From Halogeometricum borinquense DSM 11551 (GTDB taxonomy: Archaea; Halobacteriota; Halobacteria; Halobacteriales; Haloferacaceae), in NCBI RefSeq assembly GCF_000172995.2, contig NC_014735.1, positions 330,195 to 362,194 on the forward strand: a DNA stretch of 32,000 nucleotides, given 5' to 3'. This document shows, one piece after another, positions 17,987 through 26,704 of this stretch (its first letter is position 1; each line of letters starts with the position of its first letter). A program made the position numbers and the translations under genes. The notes beneath the pieces are model-generated. The model saw nothing but the letters and a program-made list of their open reading frames with translations, was not told the DNA's origin and did not search any database.

Positions 17987-19141
17987 CTACTCGTCTAACA
18001 CGTCGCTGACGGCCTCGCCGCGCTCGGATGCGTCGATGTGCGAGTACGCCTCCTTCGTCGTGCTGAGTGATTTGTGGCGAAGTACGTCCTGTGCGAGTCC
18101 GCGGTCGGTCCGGAAGAGTTCGTCACCGAGTCCGCGGCGCGCCCCGTGCGGGAGCGGTGGCTTGCCGTCGATATCGACGCCCGCGGTGTCCGCTATCCGT
18201 TCGAGAACGCGCCGTGCGCCCTCTGTCGTGATGGCGGGCGGTGCGACGTCCTCGTCTCGGAGTACGTCGTCCACTTCTGCACCGTCGAGACGGGCGTTCG
18301 CATCATCGGTGCCGAGCGCATCGCGGACGGCGGCGTACTTCGACGGCGCATGCGCCGTCGGGAACACGGGCCACTCGGCCGACGGCGGATCGAGGACGGT
18401 CCGCCACCGTCGGAGAGCCTCACGCGCTTGTTTGGGGACGGAGACATCCTCCCATTCCTGTGCTTTCCCCCACACACGGAACGTCCACGCATCCGTGTCC
18501 ACGCGTGCCCAGGTTAGACCTTGTCTGCCTTCTCGATTGTCACCGCTGACGCGGAACACCTCCGCGCCGCGGACACCCGTGTACGCGAGAACGTGAACGA
18601 GCGCGCGGTCACGGACTTCCTGTCGGGCATCCATCCCGTCACTCTCGATTGCTTCGTACGCGGCGTCGTTTGTGTGCTGGACGAGTTTGCGGCGAACCTC
18701 TCGCGTCCAGAACTGCTGGCTGTGATCTTCGTCGTCTCGCGGGAGGGGTTCGCGCGCTCGGTCCGCGAGTGCAGGATTCCGCGTGAGCGCTCCGTCGCGG
18801 ACGCAGAACCCAAGAAATCCGGAAATGACGTTGTAGTACGTCTGCGCCGACGACGCCGAGATTCCGTCCGCTTCGACACGCTGGGCGAGTCGGTCAGAGT
18901 AACGTCGAAGCAGTTGCTCGCCCTCGTCCTCGAACGCATCGAACGTGTCCTTTCCGCGCCGCCGGAGCCACGTCTCGAACTTCGAGAGGACCGATTCGGC
19001 CGTCGAGCGGTACTGCGAACTATCGCCGTTCGAACGGAGATATCGTGCGATTGCAGCGGCGACCTCCGACTGCGCGCGCGTTCCGTCCGACTCCTCACTT
19101 TCGAACTCCCCGGAGTCCCGGTCCGAATCTGGCGTGGACAT
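17987..19141 (-). CDS. Tyrosine-type site-specific recombinase/integrase
   Basis: An acidic N-terminal tail is followed by a SAM-like core-binding region. The catalytic-domain signatures are AYTGVRGAEVFRV (Arg I), HGARRGLG (His-x-x-Arg) and LRHKSLSTTKEAYSHID (catalytic Tyr). Confidence 0.85.
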   Translation of the reverse strand: MSTPDSDRDSGEFESEESDGTRAQSEVAAAIARYLRSNGDSSQYRSTAESVLSKFETWLRRRGKDTFDAFEDEGEQLLRRYSDRLAQRVEADGISASSAQTYYNVISGFLGFCVRDGALTRNPALADRAREPLPRDDEDHSQQFWTREVRRKLVQHTNDAAYEAIESDGMDARQEVRDRALVHVLAYTGVRGAEVFRVSGDNREGRQGLTWARVDTDAWTFRVWGKAQEWEDVSVPKQAREALRRWRTVLDPPSAEWPVFPTAHAPSKYAAVRDALGTDDANARLDGAEVDDVLRDEDVAPPAITTEGARRVLERIADTAGVDIDGKPPLPHGARRGLGDELFRTDRGLAQDVLRHKSLSTTKEAYSHIDASERGEAVSDVLDE

Positions 19142-19348
19142 CTACGTGCTCCACCAGACGAACACCGGTGTCTTCAATCCACTTGGTTTTACGAGCGCAA
19201 AAATATATGAATACAGACAATAAATAGTTGATTTAATATCAGACTAAGAGATACGGTGGTTGATAGCTCCGTTCGTGAGTCGAATCGCCGGAGCGGAGTA
19301 TCCGGGTCCACCGGAACTATTACAGTCTCGTAAACTCCGATTTCATTC

Positions 19349-20473
19349 GTGGTTTACGAGACAGGTAACCGAACGGTCGATCAAGCGGTCGCCAAAGTAC
19401 TCGATGGCGGCCAAATAGATCGAACTGAAGCATTGGCCCTGATTGCACAACCGGTCGAAGACCTCGCACCGGCGGCGAACGCCGTGCGAGAACACTTCGG
19501 GGACGGAACAGTCGATGCCTGTAGCATCGTGAACGCCAAAGCGGGAAACTGTGCGGAGGACTGCGGCTTCTGCGCCCAGTCGGTCCACTTCGATACAGGA
19601 ATCGATACGTACGGTTTTCTCGGTCCCGAGGAAGTGCTTGCGGCGGCAAAACGAGCAGAACGCGACGGCGCACAGCGGTTCGGCATTGTCGTCGCCGAGA
19701 AAGGAGTAAGCAAAGAGAAACGCCCCGAAGAGTGGGAAGAAGTGATTCAGGCGATTCGTCTCGTCCGCGACGAAACCGACGTCGAGGTCGATGCGAGTCT
19801 TGGTATTCTCACGGAAGAAGAGGCCGAGATCCTCGCTTCTGAGGGAATCAATCACTACAACCACAACATCGAGACGTCGCCAGCGTACTTCCCCGAAGTC
19901 GTCTCGACGCACTCCTTTGCGGACCGCGTTGAGACGCTCGAACGCGCGAAAGCAGCGGGGATGGATCTCTGTGCCGGCGTTATTCTCGGGATGGGCGAAG
20001 CCCCCACTGACAGAATCGACGCCGCACTCGCCCTCCGCGACATCGGTATTTCATCGCTCCCGGTAAACGTCCTCAATCCCGTCGCCGGAACCGATCTCGG
20101 CGATCAATTCGGCGACTCAGCCACGATTTCGACCGAGGAACTGCTGCAGACGATTGCGGTCTACCGGCTACTCCACCCGAACGCGCGAGTACGCCTCACC
20201 GGCGGCCGCGAAGTCAACCTCGATACGGACGAACAGCACCGGCCGTTCGAGGCGGGTGCCGACGGGATTCTCACCGGCGACTACCTCACGACCGAAGGGC
20301 AGTCACCCGGCGACGACATCGAAATCGTCGAGCGCGCCGGGTTACAGCCCAACAGAGAGGTAAACGATTTCGACCCGGAGGAGGTCAAATCCCGTTCCGA
20401 CGACGCCGCGGAAGCGGAGTATTCGACGACCGCGGCCGGCAGTGCGACAAGTAACGCAGAGATCAGTGACTGA
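19349..20473 (+). CDS. bioB: Biotin synthase (radical SAM)
   Basis: The CxxxCxxC motif GNCAEDCGFCAQS is present, and the body is BioB-like (...RFGIVVAEKG..., NHNIETS, ...GVILGMGE...). The start is GTG at 19349, with no nearby in-frame ATG. There is an acidic C-terminal extension. Confidence 0.88.
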   Translation: MVYETGNRTVDQAVAKVLDGGQIDRTEALALIAQPVEDLAPAANAVREHFGDGTVDACSIVNAKAGNCAEDCGFCAQSVHFDTGIDTYGFLGPEEVLAAAKRAERDGAQRFGIVVAEKGVSKEKRPEEWEEVIQAIRLVRDETDVEVDASLGILTEEEAEILASEGINHYNHNIETSPAYFPEVVSTHSFADRVETLERAKAAGMDLCAGVILGMGEAPTDRIDAALALRDIGISSLPVNVLNPVAGTDLGDQFGDSATISTEELLQTIAVYRLLHPNARVRLTGGREVNLDTDEQHRPFEAGADGILTGDYLTTEGQSPGDDIEIVERAGLQPNREVNDFDPEEVKSRSDDAAEAEYSTTAAGSATSNAEISD

Positions 20474-20476
20474 CCG

Positions 20477-21550
20477 ATGAACGACGCAGACAAACCGACA
20501 ACAGACACCACGACGACAACGATGGACGAGATTCGATTCGCAGTACTCGGAACAGGCGGTATCGGACGACGGACGCTCGACGTCTCGAAACAGAAGCCGG
20601 AACTCACGCCGGTGGCGGCATGTGACCGACATGGAGTCGCAATCGACCATGACGGACTTGACGTAGACGAACTGCTGTCCGCGACCGAAGGCAACATCGC
20701 CTCCGACGGTGGGACGACAGCGGTGAAAGAAAGCGGCGAGAACAAAGGTGTCGCGGCGTCGAGTCAGGCAGTCTCGACCGAAACACCGATTGACGATGTG
20801 ATCGCCGAAAGCGACGCTATCGACGCCGTGTTGATCGCACTGCCGAACTTCGAGCACGACTTCATCCCGCGCGTCGCCGACCGGTTCGTGGAAGCCGACT
20901 ATTCAGGCGTTCTCGTGGACGTACTCAAACGGTCGCGGGTCATCGGAATGCTCGAAGACCGAACCGACGCATTCGAGTCGGCAGGTATCACGTTCGTCTG
21001 CGGTGCCGGTGCGACGCCCGGATTCTTGACGGGTGCAGCGGCGTTGGCCGCCCAGTCGTTTGTCACCGTCGAAGAAGTCGAAATCTGGTGGGGTGTCGGA
21101 CTCAAATCCGGTTACGAAGACAATCGCGGCACCGTCCGCGAGGACATCGCCCACCTGCCGGAGTACGACATCGAGACGGTGCGTGAGATGAGCGACGAGG
21201 AGATCGAGGCGGTTATCGACGAACACGACGGCGTCTTGGAGTTCCACGATATGGAACACGCCGACGACGTCCTGCTCGAACGTGCTGGTATCTGCGACGC
21301 CGAGGACGTGACCGTCGGTGGGATTCTCGATGTCACCTCGGATGAAAAGCCCACGACGACGACGGTTCGCGTGACGGGGACGACATTCGACGGCGAACGC
21401 GGGACCAACACGTTCGAGTTGGACGACGCCACCAGCATGGAAGCCAACGTTAACGGCCCAGCACTCGGCTATCTGAAGTCTGCCGTCCGCCGAAACCGTG
21501 GCGGCGAGTACGGCGTCTTCGGCCCGGCCGAACTGCTACCAGGGTTCTGA
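20477..21550 (+). CDS. Rossmann-fold oxidoreductase-like protein embedded in the biotin cluster (candidate BioU-like substitute for BioA)
   Basis: The dinucleotide-binding motif FAVLGTGGIGRR lies near the N-terminus. The gene starts 3 nt after the bioB stop and ends 10 nt before the bioF ATG. The alternative start M16 (20522) would put the GxGxxG motif at the very N-terminus. The functional call rests on gene context only. Confidence 0.5.
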   Translation: MNDADKPTTDTTTTTMDEIRFAVLGTGGIGRRTLDVSKQKPELTPVAACDRHGVAIDHDGLDVDELLSATEGNIASDGGTTAVKESGENKGVAASSQAVSTETPIDDVIAESDAIDAVLIALPNFEHDFIPRVADRFVEADYSGVLVDVLKRSRVIGMLEDRTDAFESAGITFVCGAGATPGFLTGAAALAAQSFVTVEEVEIWWGVGLKSGYEDNRGTVREDIAHLPEYDIETVREMSDEEIEAVIDEHDGVLEFHDMEHADDVLLERAGICDAEDVTVGGILDVTSDEKPTTTTVRVTGTTFDGERGTNTFELDDATSMEANVNGPALGYLKSAVRRNRGGEYGVFGPAELLPGF

Positions 21551-21560
21551 CGGGGCGAAG

Positions 21561-22820
21561 ATGACAAAGGAGACGGAACCCCGACCCAGTGGCGGGGCCG
21601 AGGGGACCGAAGCAACCAACGAGGGAGATTTCGGCTTCGACCCGGCAGCACGCCTCGCAGAGCGAGACCAGCAGGGTCTTCGGCGGACCCTCCAACCGGT
21701 CGAACACGTTGCAGCACGCTCACGGATGGCGTCTGATCCGGGGGGTGAGAAGCCGAGATACGGCGCTGAGCAGATCGTCTTCGCAGCGAACAACTATCTC
21801 GGTCTCACGCAGGACGAACGCGTCGTCCGCGCGGCACGAGAAGCGGCCGAAGCGGTCGGAACAGGAGCCGGTGCGAGTCGGTTGGTCACCGGTGATACCG
21901 GTCTGCACCGAGGACTGGAGCGTGACCTCGCCGACGCGAAAGGGACCGAACGCGCCCTTCTGTTCTCCTCGGGGTACGCCGCGAACGTCGGGACCATCGG
22001 CGCACTCGACCCGGACGTGGTCTTCTCGGACGCACTCAACCACGCTAGCATCATTGACGGCTGTCGGCTCTCGGACGCCGAGACGGTCGTCTATGACCAC
22101 TGTGACGCCGACTCGCTCGCGGCAGCGATGGCCGACCGCTCCCGGTCCAGCACACCGGACGACTCGTGGCTGATCGTAACTGACTCGGTGTTTAGCATGG
22201 ACGGGGATGTCGCTCCGTTAGCAGACATCTGCGACGTAGCCGAGCGCTACGGAGCGTGGGTAATGGTAGACGAGGCTCACGCGACCGGTCTCTACGACGG
22301 TGGCGGCATCGTTCAACGAGAGGGACTGTCCGACCGCGTCCACGTACAGATGGGCACGCTGTCGAAGGCGTTGGCTAGTCAAGGTGGATACGTGGCCGGG
22401 AGTACCGCGCTCGTCGAACAGTTAGCGAACGCCGCCCGGTCGTTCGTCTTTTCGACGGGTCTCACGCCGCCGGCAGTCGGTGCCGCACGAGAAGCACTCC
22501 GTATCGCACGCGAAGAAAAGCGTCACGAGCAGTTGTGGGATCGCGTGAGCCGACTACGGAGTGGATTAGAAGCACTCGGCTACGACGTGCTCGGGACGAC
22601 GCAAATACTCCCCGTTGTAATCGGTGACCGGAGCGACGCAGTGGCACTCGCAGAGCGTCTTCGGGAGCGCGGCATCGTCGCTCCGGCGATACGGCCGCCG
22701 ACCGTCCCAGAAGGGACGAGTCGCATCCGCGTCTCACCGATGGCCACGCACACGGAAGCTGACATCGACCGCTGTCTCGACGCCTTCGAGGCCGCCGGAC
22801 AGGAGTTGGATCTACTATGA
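21561..22820 (+). CDS. bioF: 8-amino-7-oxononanoate synthase
   Basis: This is a class-II aminotransferase-like PLP enzyme: ...NNYLGL..., SGYAANVG, DEAHATG and the PLP-lysine motif GTLSKALASQGG. I place the start at ATG 21561; the ORF-track start at 21498 overlaps the previous gene. Confidence 0.88.
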   Translation: MTKETEPRPSGGAEGTEATNEGDFGFDPAARLAERDQQGLRRTLQPVEHVAARSRMASDPGGEKPRYGAEQIVFAANNYLGLTQDERVVRAAREAAEAVGTGAGASRLVTGDTGLHRGLERDLADAKGTERALLFSSGYAANVGTIGALDPDVVFSDALNHASIIDGCRLSDAETVVYDHCDADSLAAAMADRSRSSTPDDSWLIVTDSVFSMDGDVAPLADICDVAERYGAWVMVDEAHATGLYDGGGIVQREGLSDRVHVQMGTLSKALASQGGYVAGSTALVEQLANAARSFVFSTGLTPPAVGAAREALRIAREEKRHEQLWDRVSRLRSGLEALGYDVLGTTQILPVVIGDRSDAVALAERLRERGIVAPAIRPPTVPEGTSRIRVSPMATHTEADIDRCLDAFEAAGQELDLL

Positions 22821-23497
22821 CGGCGTTCGAGTTACCCGACGACGCGTTCGCCGTCGTCGGGACTGACACGGGTGTCGGGAAGACAGTGGTGACGGCCGGT
22901 CTCGTCGGTGCGTTACGAGAGGCGGGACACGACGCGTGTGCCATCAAGCCTGCCCAAACCGGCTATCCGCCGGACGACGACGCCGCGTTCGTCGCCGATA
23001 TCTGTGGAACCGAAGCAGCGGCGACGTGTCTTCGTCGGCTCGAACCGGCGCTCGCCCCGGAAGTCGCGGCCGATGTCGCTGGCGTCGAGTTGGAGTACGA
23101 GTCGATCCGTGAGGAGACCGCCGAGCATCTTGCAGCACACGAGATCGGCGTACTAGAAGGAATCGGCGGACTCCGCGTTCCGTTGGCCGATGGGCGCGAG
23201 GTGATCGATCTCGTTTCCGACCTCGGAATTCCGGCCGTCGTCGTCGCACGGTCCGGGCTCGGTACGTTGAACCACACTGCGCTCTCGGTTTCGGCGCTTC
23301 GGAACCGGGGGATAGACGTCCCAGCAGTCGTGTTGAACGAGTACGAGGGCGAGTCGCTCGCCGCGCGTACGAACCCTGACGTACTCGCCGAGATGACCGA
23401 CTGTCCAGTAGTCACGCTACCGCCGCTCTCTGTCGAGGACGGGTCGAGCGTCGTGGACGGCGTTCGCGCTCACGTACTTGCCGGAGATATCGACTGA
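22817..23497 (+). CDS. bioD: Dethiobiotin synthase
   Basis: The P-loop VVGTDTGVGKTVVTAGL and the motif ...EGIGGLRVPL... are present. The start overlaps the bioF stop (ATGA). Confidence 0.88.
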   Translation: MTAFELPDDAFAVVGTDTGVGKTVVTAGLVGALREAGHDACAIKPAQTGYPPDDDAAFVADICGTEAAATCLRRLEPALAPEVAADVAGVELEYESIREETAEHLAAHEIGVLEGIGGLRVPLADGREVIDLVSDLGIPAVVVARSGLGTLNHTALSVSALRNRGIDVPAVVLNEYEGESLAARTNPDVLAEMTDCPVVTLPPLSVEDGSSVVDGVRAHVLAGDID

Positions 23498-23642
23498 AAG
23501 TATCAGGGATATCAACTGAAGGGGCGTCGAAACCGTTTCCTGACGCGTAATCATCGACAGTCGCTCCGGCGGATGCGTAAGACGACGCGGGGACAGTCAA
23601 GAATGAAAGGTGATATAAAGAAGATAATAAAATTTTGACTGG

Positions 23643-24461
23643 ATGTTGCGTGCTGAGAGAGACCTGCCGACCTTCGAGGGCGGGTCGCTGATTCCCGTTA
23701 CAACGTATCTCTTACTCATTACCGTCCTCTCCGGATTCGCGGTAGTATTCTCGGACGGCGCATCACCCATCGCCGGGATGGGTTGGGGCATCTTCCTCGT
23801 CATCCTAGCCATCGGCGCGTTTACCGTTGAGGGAGTTTCACCGCGCTCGATTTTGTCACCAGTTCGCTCACTTCTTTCCGCGTTGTTGGTTGTGACCGTG
23901 TTTTGGGTGCTATACAATCTCGTTGCGTATGGGTTCGCCCTCGACGGCGTCAGCGGATTCGAGGTGTCCGGATCGAAAGTCGCTGCACACCCGCTCATGT
24001 ATCTCGCCGCCTTCGTCAGTTCGGTGCTGTTCACCGCGATTCCGGAAGAACTCGTGTTTCGCGGGTACCTCCAGTCGAAGTTCGTCTCGCTGGCCGGCGG
24101 TAAAACAGGCAAAGCGGTCGCAGTTGGTGTCGGGATCACAGCGATCCTATTCGCACTGTTTCACCTCCCGCGATGGTTCCTCATGTCCGGTCACGGGGTC
24201 GGTGCCGCGCTGGCGACGCGACTCCTCGGTCTGACGCTCATGGGACTCGCCTACGGTCTCGTGTACGCGCTAACCCGGAACCTGTGGCTGGTCGCATTGT
24301 TCCACGCGACGATGAACCAACCACCCTTCTTAGTCGGCGTCCACATCCCGGACGGCTTCCACTTGCTCGTCGGTGTCGTTGAGTTCGCCGCCATCGTCAC
24401 AGTCGTATTTGTGGCCACGCGTTTAACTGGATCCGACGGACTCGCGCTCACGTCGGCGTAG
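23643..24461 (+). CDS. CPBP-family intramembrane glutamic endopeptidase (CAAX protease-like)
   Basis: This polytopic membrane protein carries the three CPBP motifs: EELVFRGYL, FALFHL and HATMN. Confidence 0.8.
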   Translation: MLRAERDLPTFEGGSLIPVTTYLLLITVLSGFAVVFSDGASPIAGMGWGIFLVILAIGAFTVEGVSPRSILSPVRSLLSALLVVTVFWVLYNLVAYGFALDGVSGFEVSGSKVAAHPLMYLAAFVSSVLFTAIPEELVFRGYLQSKFVSLAGGKTGKAVAVGVGITAILFALFHLPRWFLMSGHGVGAALATRLLGLTLMGLAYGLVYALTRNLWLVALFHATMNQPPFLVGVHIPDGFHLLVGVVEFAAIVTVVFVATRLTGSDGLALTSA

Positions 24462-24900
24462 CGGTTGTGGTCGCTAGCGATAGATTTCGGTGGCCACACC
24501 GACAGTGAATATTGACAGTGGCTCGAAGCGGTCCTCACGATCAGGCTTTTTGACTCATTGGCTGCTAGCGCAGGCCACGAGACACCGAGGCTGCCAGTTT
24601 CTGGCTTCACATGCGATTTCGTTGGGCGGAGCAGTACCGATGAGGGGACAGCGCGGACCCCTCTAAATCCACTTGTCTTTATCGGAGTAAAACAAAGTAT
24701 TGTGCTGGTGGTCGGAATCAGCCGAATTTAGACAGTAGAGACGCCAAATTCGACGTTCCATATTTTATAAAGTTCATAGTGCTATATCAAATTTGTTGGC
24801 TTGGAAGTTCCCACAGATTCTGCGTTTGGATTTCTACAAACCAACAACTCAACAACATTTCTCCCCGATGTTGAGCTAATCAGAACTTTAGGAGGAGCGG

Positions 24901-24919
24901 CACAACCTTGGAGGATGGA
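24901..24919 (+). repeat. Copy 1 of an 18-19 nt motif CACAACCTYGGARGATGG
   Basis: The sequence is CACAACCTTGGAGGATGGA. It matches the reverse complement of 26238-26256 at 18/19 positions. Confidence 0.7.
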
Positions 24920-25043
24920 TTTGATATGCGACTTATTTACAGCGTTGGAGAGAAAATCAGCCGATCAGTAGGTATGCAGACTGATCAGCTTCTTCTCTAC
25001 TGTAGCGTGATATGAGGGATGTTAATCAAATAACAAATATACG

Positions 25044-25397
25044 ATGACCACTGATCAGTTAGTTAGTGGATATATGAGAAAAACGTTCGAGATATCGGGT
25101 ACCTCGCTCGCTCACCTCCTCTACGCGGCTACGCTGGGCTGTCTCGTACTGCTTACAATGGTGTGGGCGGTCGATAGTTTCGCCCGCGTTCCATTGGCCA
25201 TCCTTTTTGCGTCTTTGGCAATCGCAATGATCGTGGGCCTGTGGCGGGCGAAGACCGGCAGAGACGGTGAGCATCTCGGTACGGCTGGGGACATCGTGTA
25301 CGATCCGCTCGCCCCCGGACAAATGGCCAAAGAGAGATGGTTAAAGTCGGTCCGTCGCCTTTCCGGTATGGAGGACGAGGAGGATGAGGAGGATTGA
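25044..25397 (+). CDS. Hypothetical small membrane protein (2 TM, acidic C-terminal tail)
   Basis: 117 aa with two clear hydrophobic helices (LLYAATLGCLVLLTMVWAV and VPLAILFASLAIAMIVGLW) and a tail ending in EDEEDEED. It has normal haloarchaeal composition inside an AT-rich zone. Confidence 0.5.
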   Translation: MTTDQLVSGYMRKTFEISGTSLAHLLYAATLGCLVLLTMVWAVDSFARVPLAILFASLAIAMIVGLWRAKTGRDGEHLGTAGDIVYDPLAPGQMAKERWLKSVRRLSGMEDEEDEED

Positions 25398-25447
25398 TCA
25401 CTCGGTTACCTGTACTGATAGCATAATCGTCCCGAGACACGGGAAAG

Positions 25448-25987
25448 GGCACTGTCTAGTTAACCTCCTCGACCGGTGTTCGTCCATTGAGCGCTTGATG
25501 CGGTCGTTGAAAGTTATAGTAATGAACGAACAGCGCAAGCCACTGGCGAACGCTCAGCCGACTGCCTACCCATGAATTGTGAAAGCGGTCAACTCGCATT
25601 TTGAGGGTCCGAAACGCTGTCGGCCAGCCGATGAACCAACTGGAAGATCGCCTGAAACGAGCGATCTACGCCAATCAAGCGGAGTATCGCTTCTGTTTCC
25701 CTGAGCGAGAGACCGGCAGTGTGGAGGCGGACGGCGAACGCCCTGACGGGCGTCCCCAGAAATCTTCGATTTTTGGTGTGCGAACGAGACGCTTTGCGTC
25801 TCGTCAACGTTCGAAAGACGAAAGCGTCTTTCGAGCCCACAAACTCGCGTCGCGAGTTTGGGACGTCACCGTCCGCTCCCGCTGCCAACATTCAAGCGTA
25901 GCCGTGTCTAAACTCTGCTTGAGCAGGTTTGAGAGTGGCATGAAACACTAGCTCTTCGACCTGCTCGCACCTTAACTAGACAGTGCC
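25448..25987 (-). mobile_element. Internally deleted (non-autonomous) IS6-type haloarchaeal insertion sequence
   Basis: Perfect 16-bp terminal inverted repeats are present: GGCACTGTCTAGTTAA at 25448-25463 and TTAACTAGACAGTGCC at 25972-25987. Between them lie only the N-terminal HTH part and the C-terminal tail of a transposase. No flanking 8-bp target duplication is seen. Confidence 0.75.
25456..25891 (-). pseudogene. IS6-family-like transposase remnant lacking the DDE catalytic core
   Basis: The N-terminal piece (25891-25589) reads ...AFAVRLHTAGLSLRETEAILRLIGVDRSFQAIFQLVHRLADSVSDPQNAS*. The C-terminal piece is in another frame (25593-25456) and reads VDRFHNSWVGSRLSVRQWLALFVHYYNFQRPHQALNGRTPVEEVN*, with its stop inside the inverted repeat. 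The roughly 130 aa that normally lie between these two segments are missing. Confidence 0.7.
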
Positions 25988-26237
25988 GGTTGCTCGTATA
26001 TATCGGATATATAACCATATAGAGATATTATAGTAGTAGGCGTGCTATTTTAATATTAAATACCATCCAAGTGCAGTGGTACAACTAGAAAATGAATATA
26101 GGAACACACAACAATCTACATATACCATTTTTCAACTGTATATTACCACAATATCGTAGCAGATCGTACATTTTAGAAATAGAAGATTGCAGCAGATTTC
26201 AAACTCTATAGAATTGGATAAAAGGCACACATCATAG

Positions 26238-26256
26238 TCCATCCTCCGAGGTTGTG
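26238..26256 (-). repeat. Copy 2 (inverted) of the CACAACCTYGGARGATGG motif
   Basis: The reverse complement reads CACAACCTCGGAGGATGGA. Confidence 0.7.
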
Positions 26257-26455
26257 GTGATCCGTATGTTGATCCGTTCGGTGAAGACGTGACAGGTGGT
26301 TCCCGCGAAGACGTTGATCGAGACTATGAGTTCTTTACTAAGGGGTAACTGCTTAAGTGACTTTATTTCAAGAGCTTATTTCTTGAGACCACTAATCACT
26401 ACGGCTGCAAGCTGCAGGGAAAGAAATATTGTGATATAGATAGAATTTCTACAAT

Positions 26456-26677
26456 ATGGAGACAGGTAATCCGCGCTCAAGAAAGGGACTCCACTTTATT
26501 TTCGTCTTCGTAGTTCTTGTATTTCTGCTGCTAGCCACTAGAGGCGTTATGGGGGGAGTATATGAATATATTTCTAATATAAGCTGGGTGGCTGGCATCT
26601 TATTTCTCATACTTGCAAGTATAATCCCTATTTGGCTTGTTCTCCGATACGCTGATAATGAAATGAAGGATAGCTAG
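26456..26677 (+). CDS. Hypothetical small 2-TM membrane protein encoded in very AT-rich DNA
   Basis: 73 aa: METGNPRSRKGLHFIFVFVVLVFLLLATRGVMGGVYEYISNISWVAGILFLILASIIPIWLVLRYADNEMKDS. It has two hydrophobic helices and a non-haloarchaeal (non-acidic, AT-rich codon) composition. Coding status is uncertain. Confidence 0.35.
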   Translation: METGNPRSRKGLHFIFVFVVLVFLLLATRGVMGGVYEYISNISWVAGILFLILASIIPIWLVLRYADNEMKDS

Positions 26678-26704
26678 TGAACTCATCCCCAGAATATGAA
26701 GACG

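Noticed and set aside
19277-19315. T-arm-like GAGTCGAATCG and a 5-bp hairpin TCCGG-gtcca-CCGGA upstream of bioB, considered as a tRNA fragment or integration target
   Set aside because: No acceptor, D or anticodon stems can be folded around them. I found no tRNA anywhere in the window.
19176-24675. 10-nt direct repeat AATCCACTTG at 19176-19185 and 24666-24675, flanking the bio cluster, considered as possible att sites
   Set aside because: Hundreds of 10-mer matches are expected by chance in 32 kb. In addition, the integrase gene lies outside the bracketed segment.
24727-24742. TTTAGACAGT segment resembling the IS6-type inverted repeat (possible solo IR)
   Set aside because: Only 9 of 16 positions match the inverted repeat of the nearby element, which is too weak to call.
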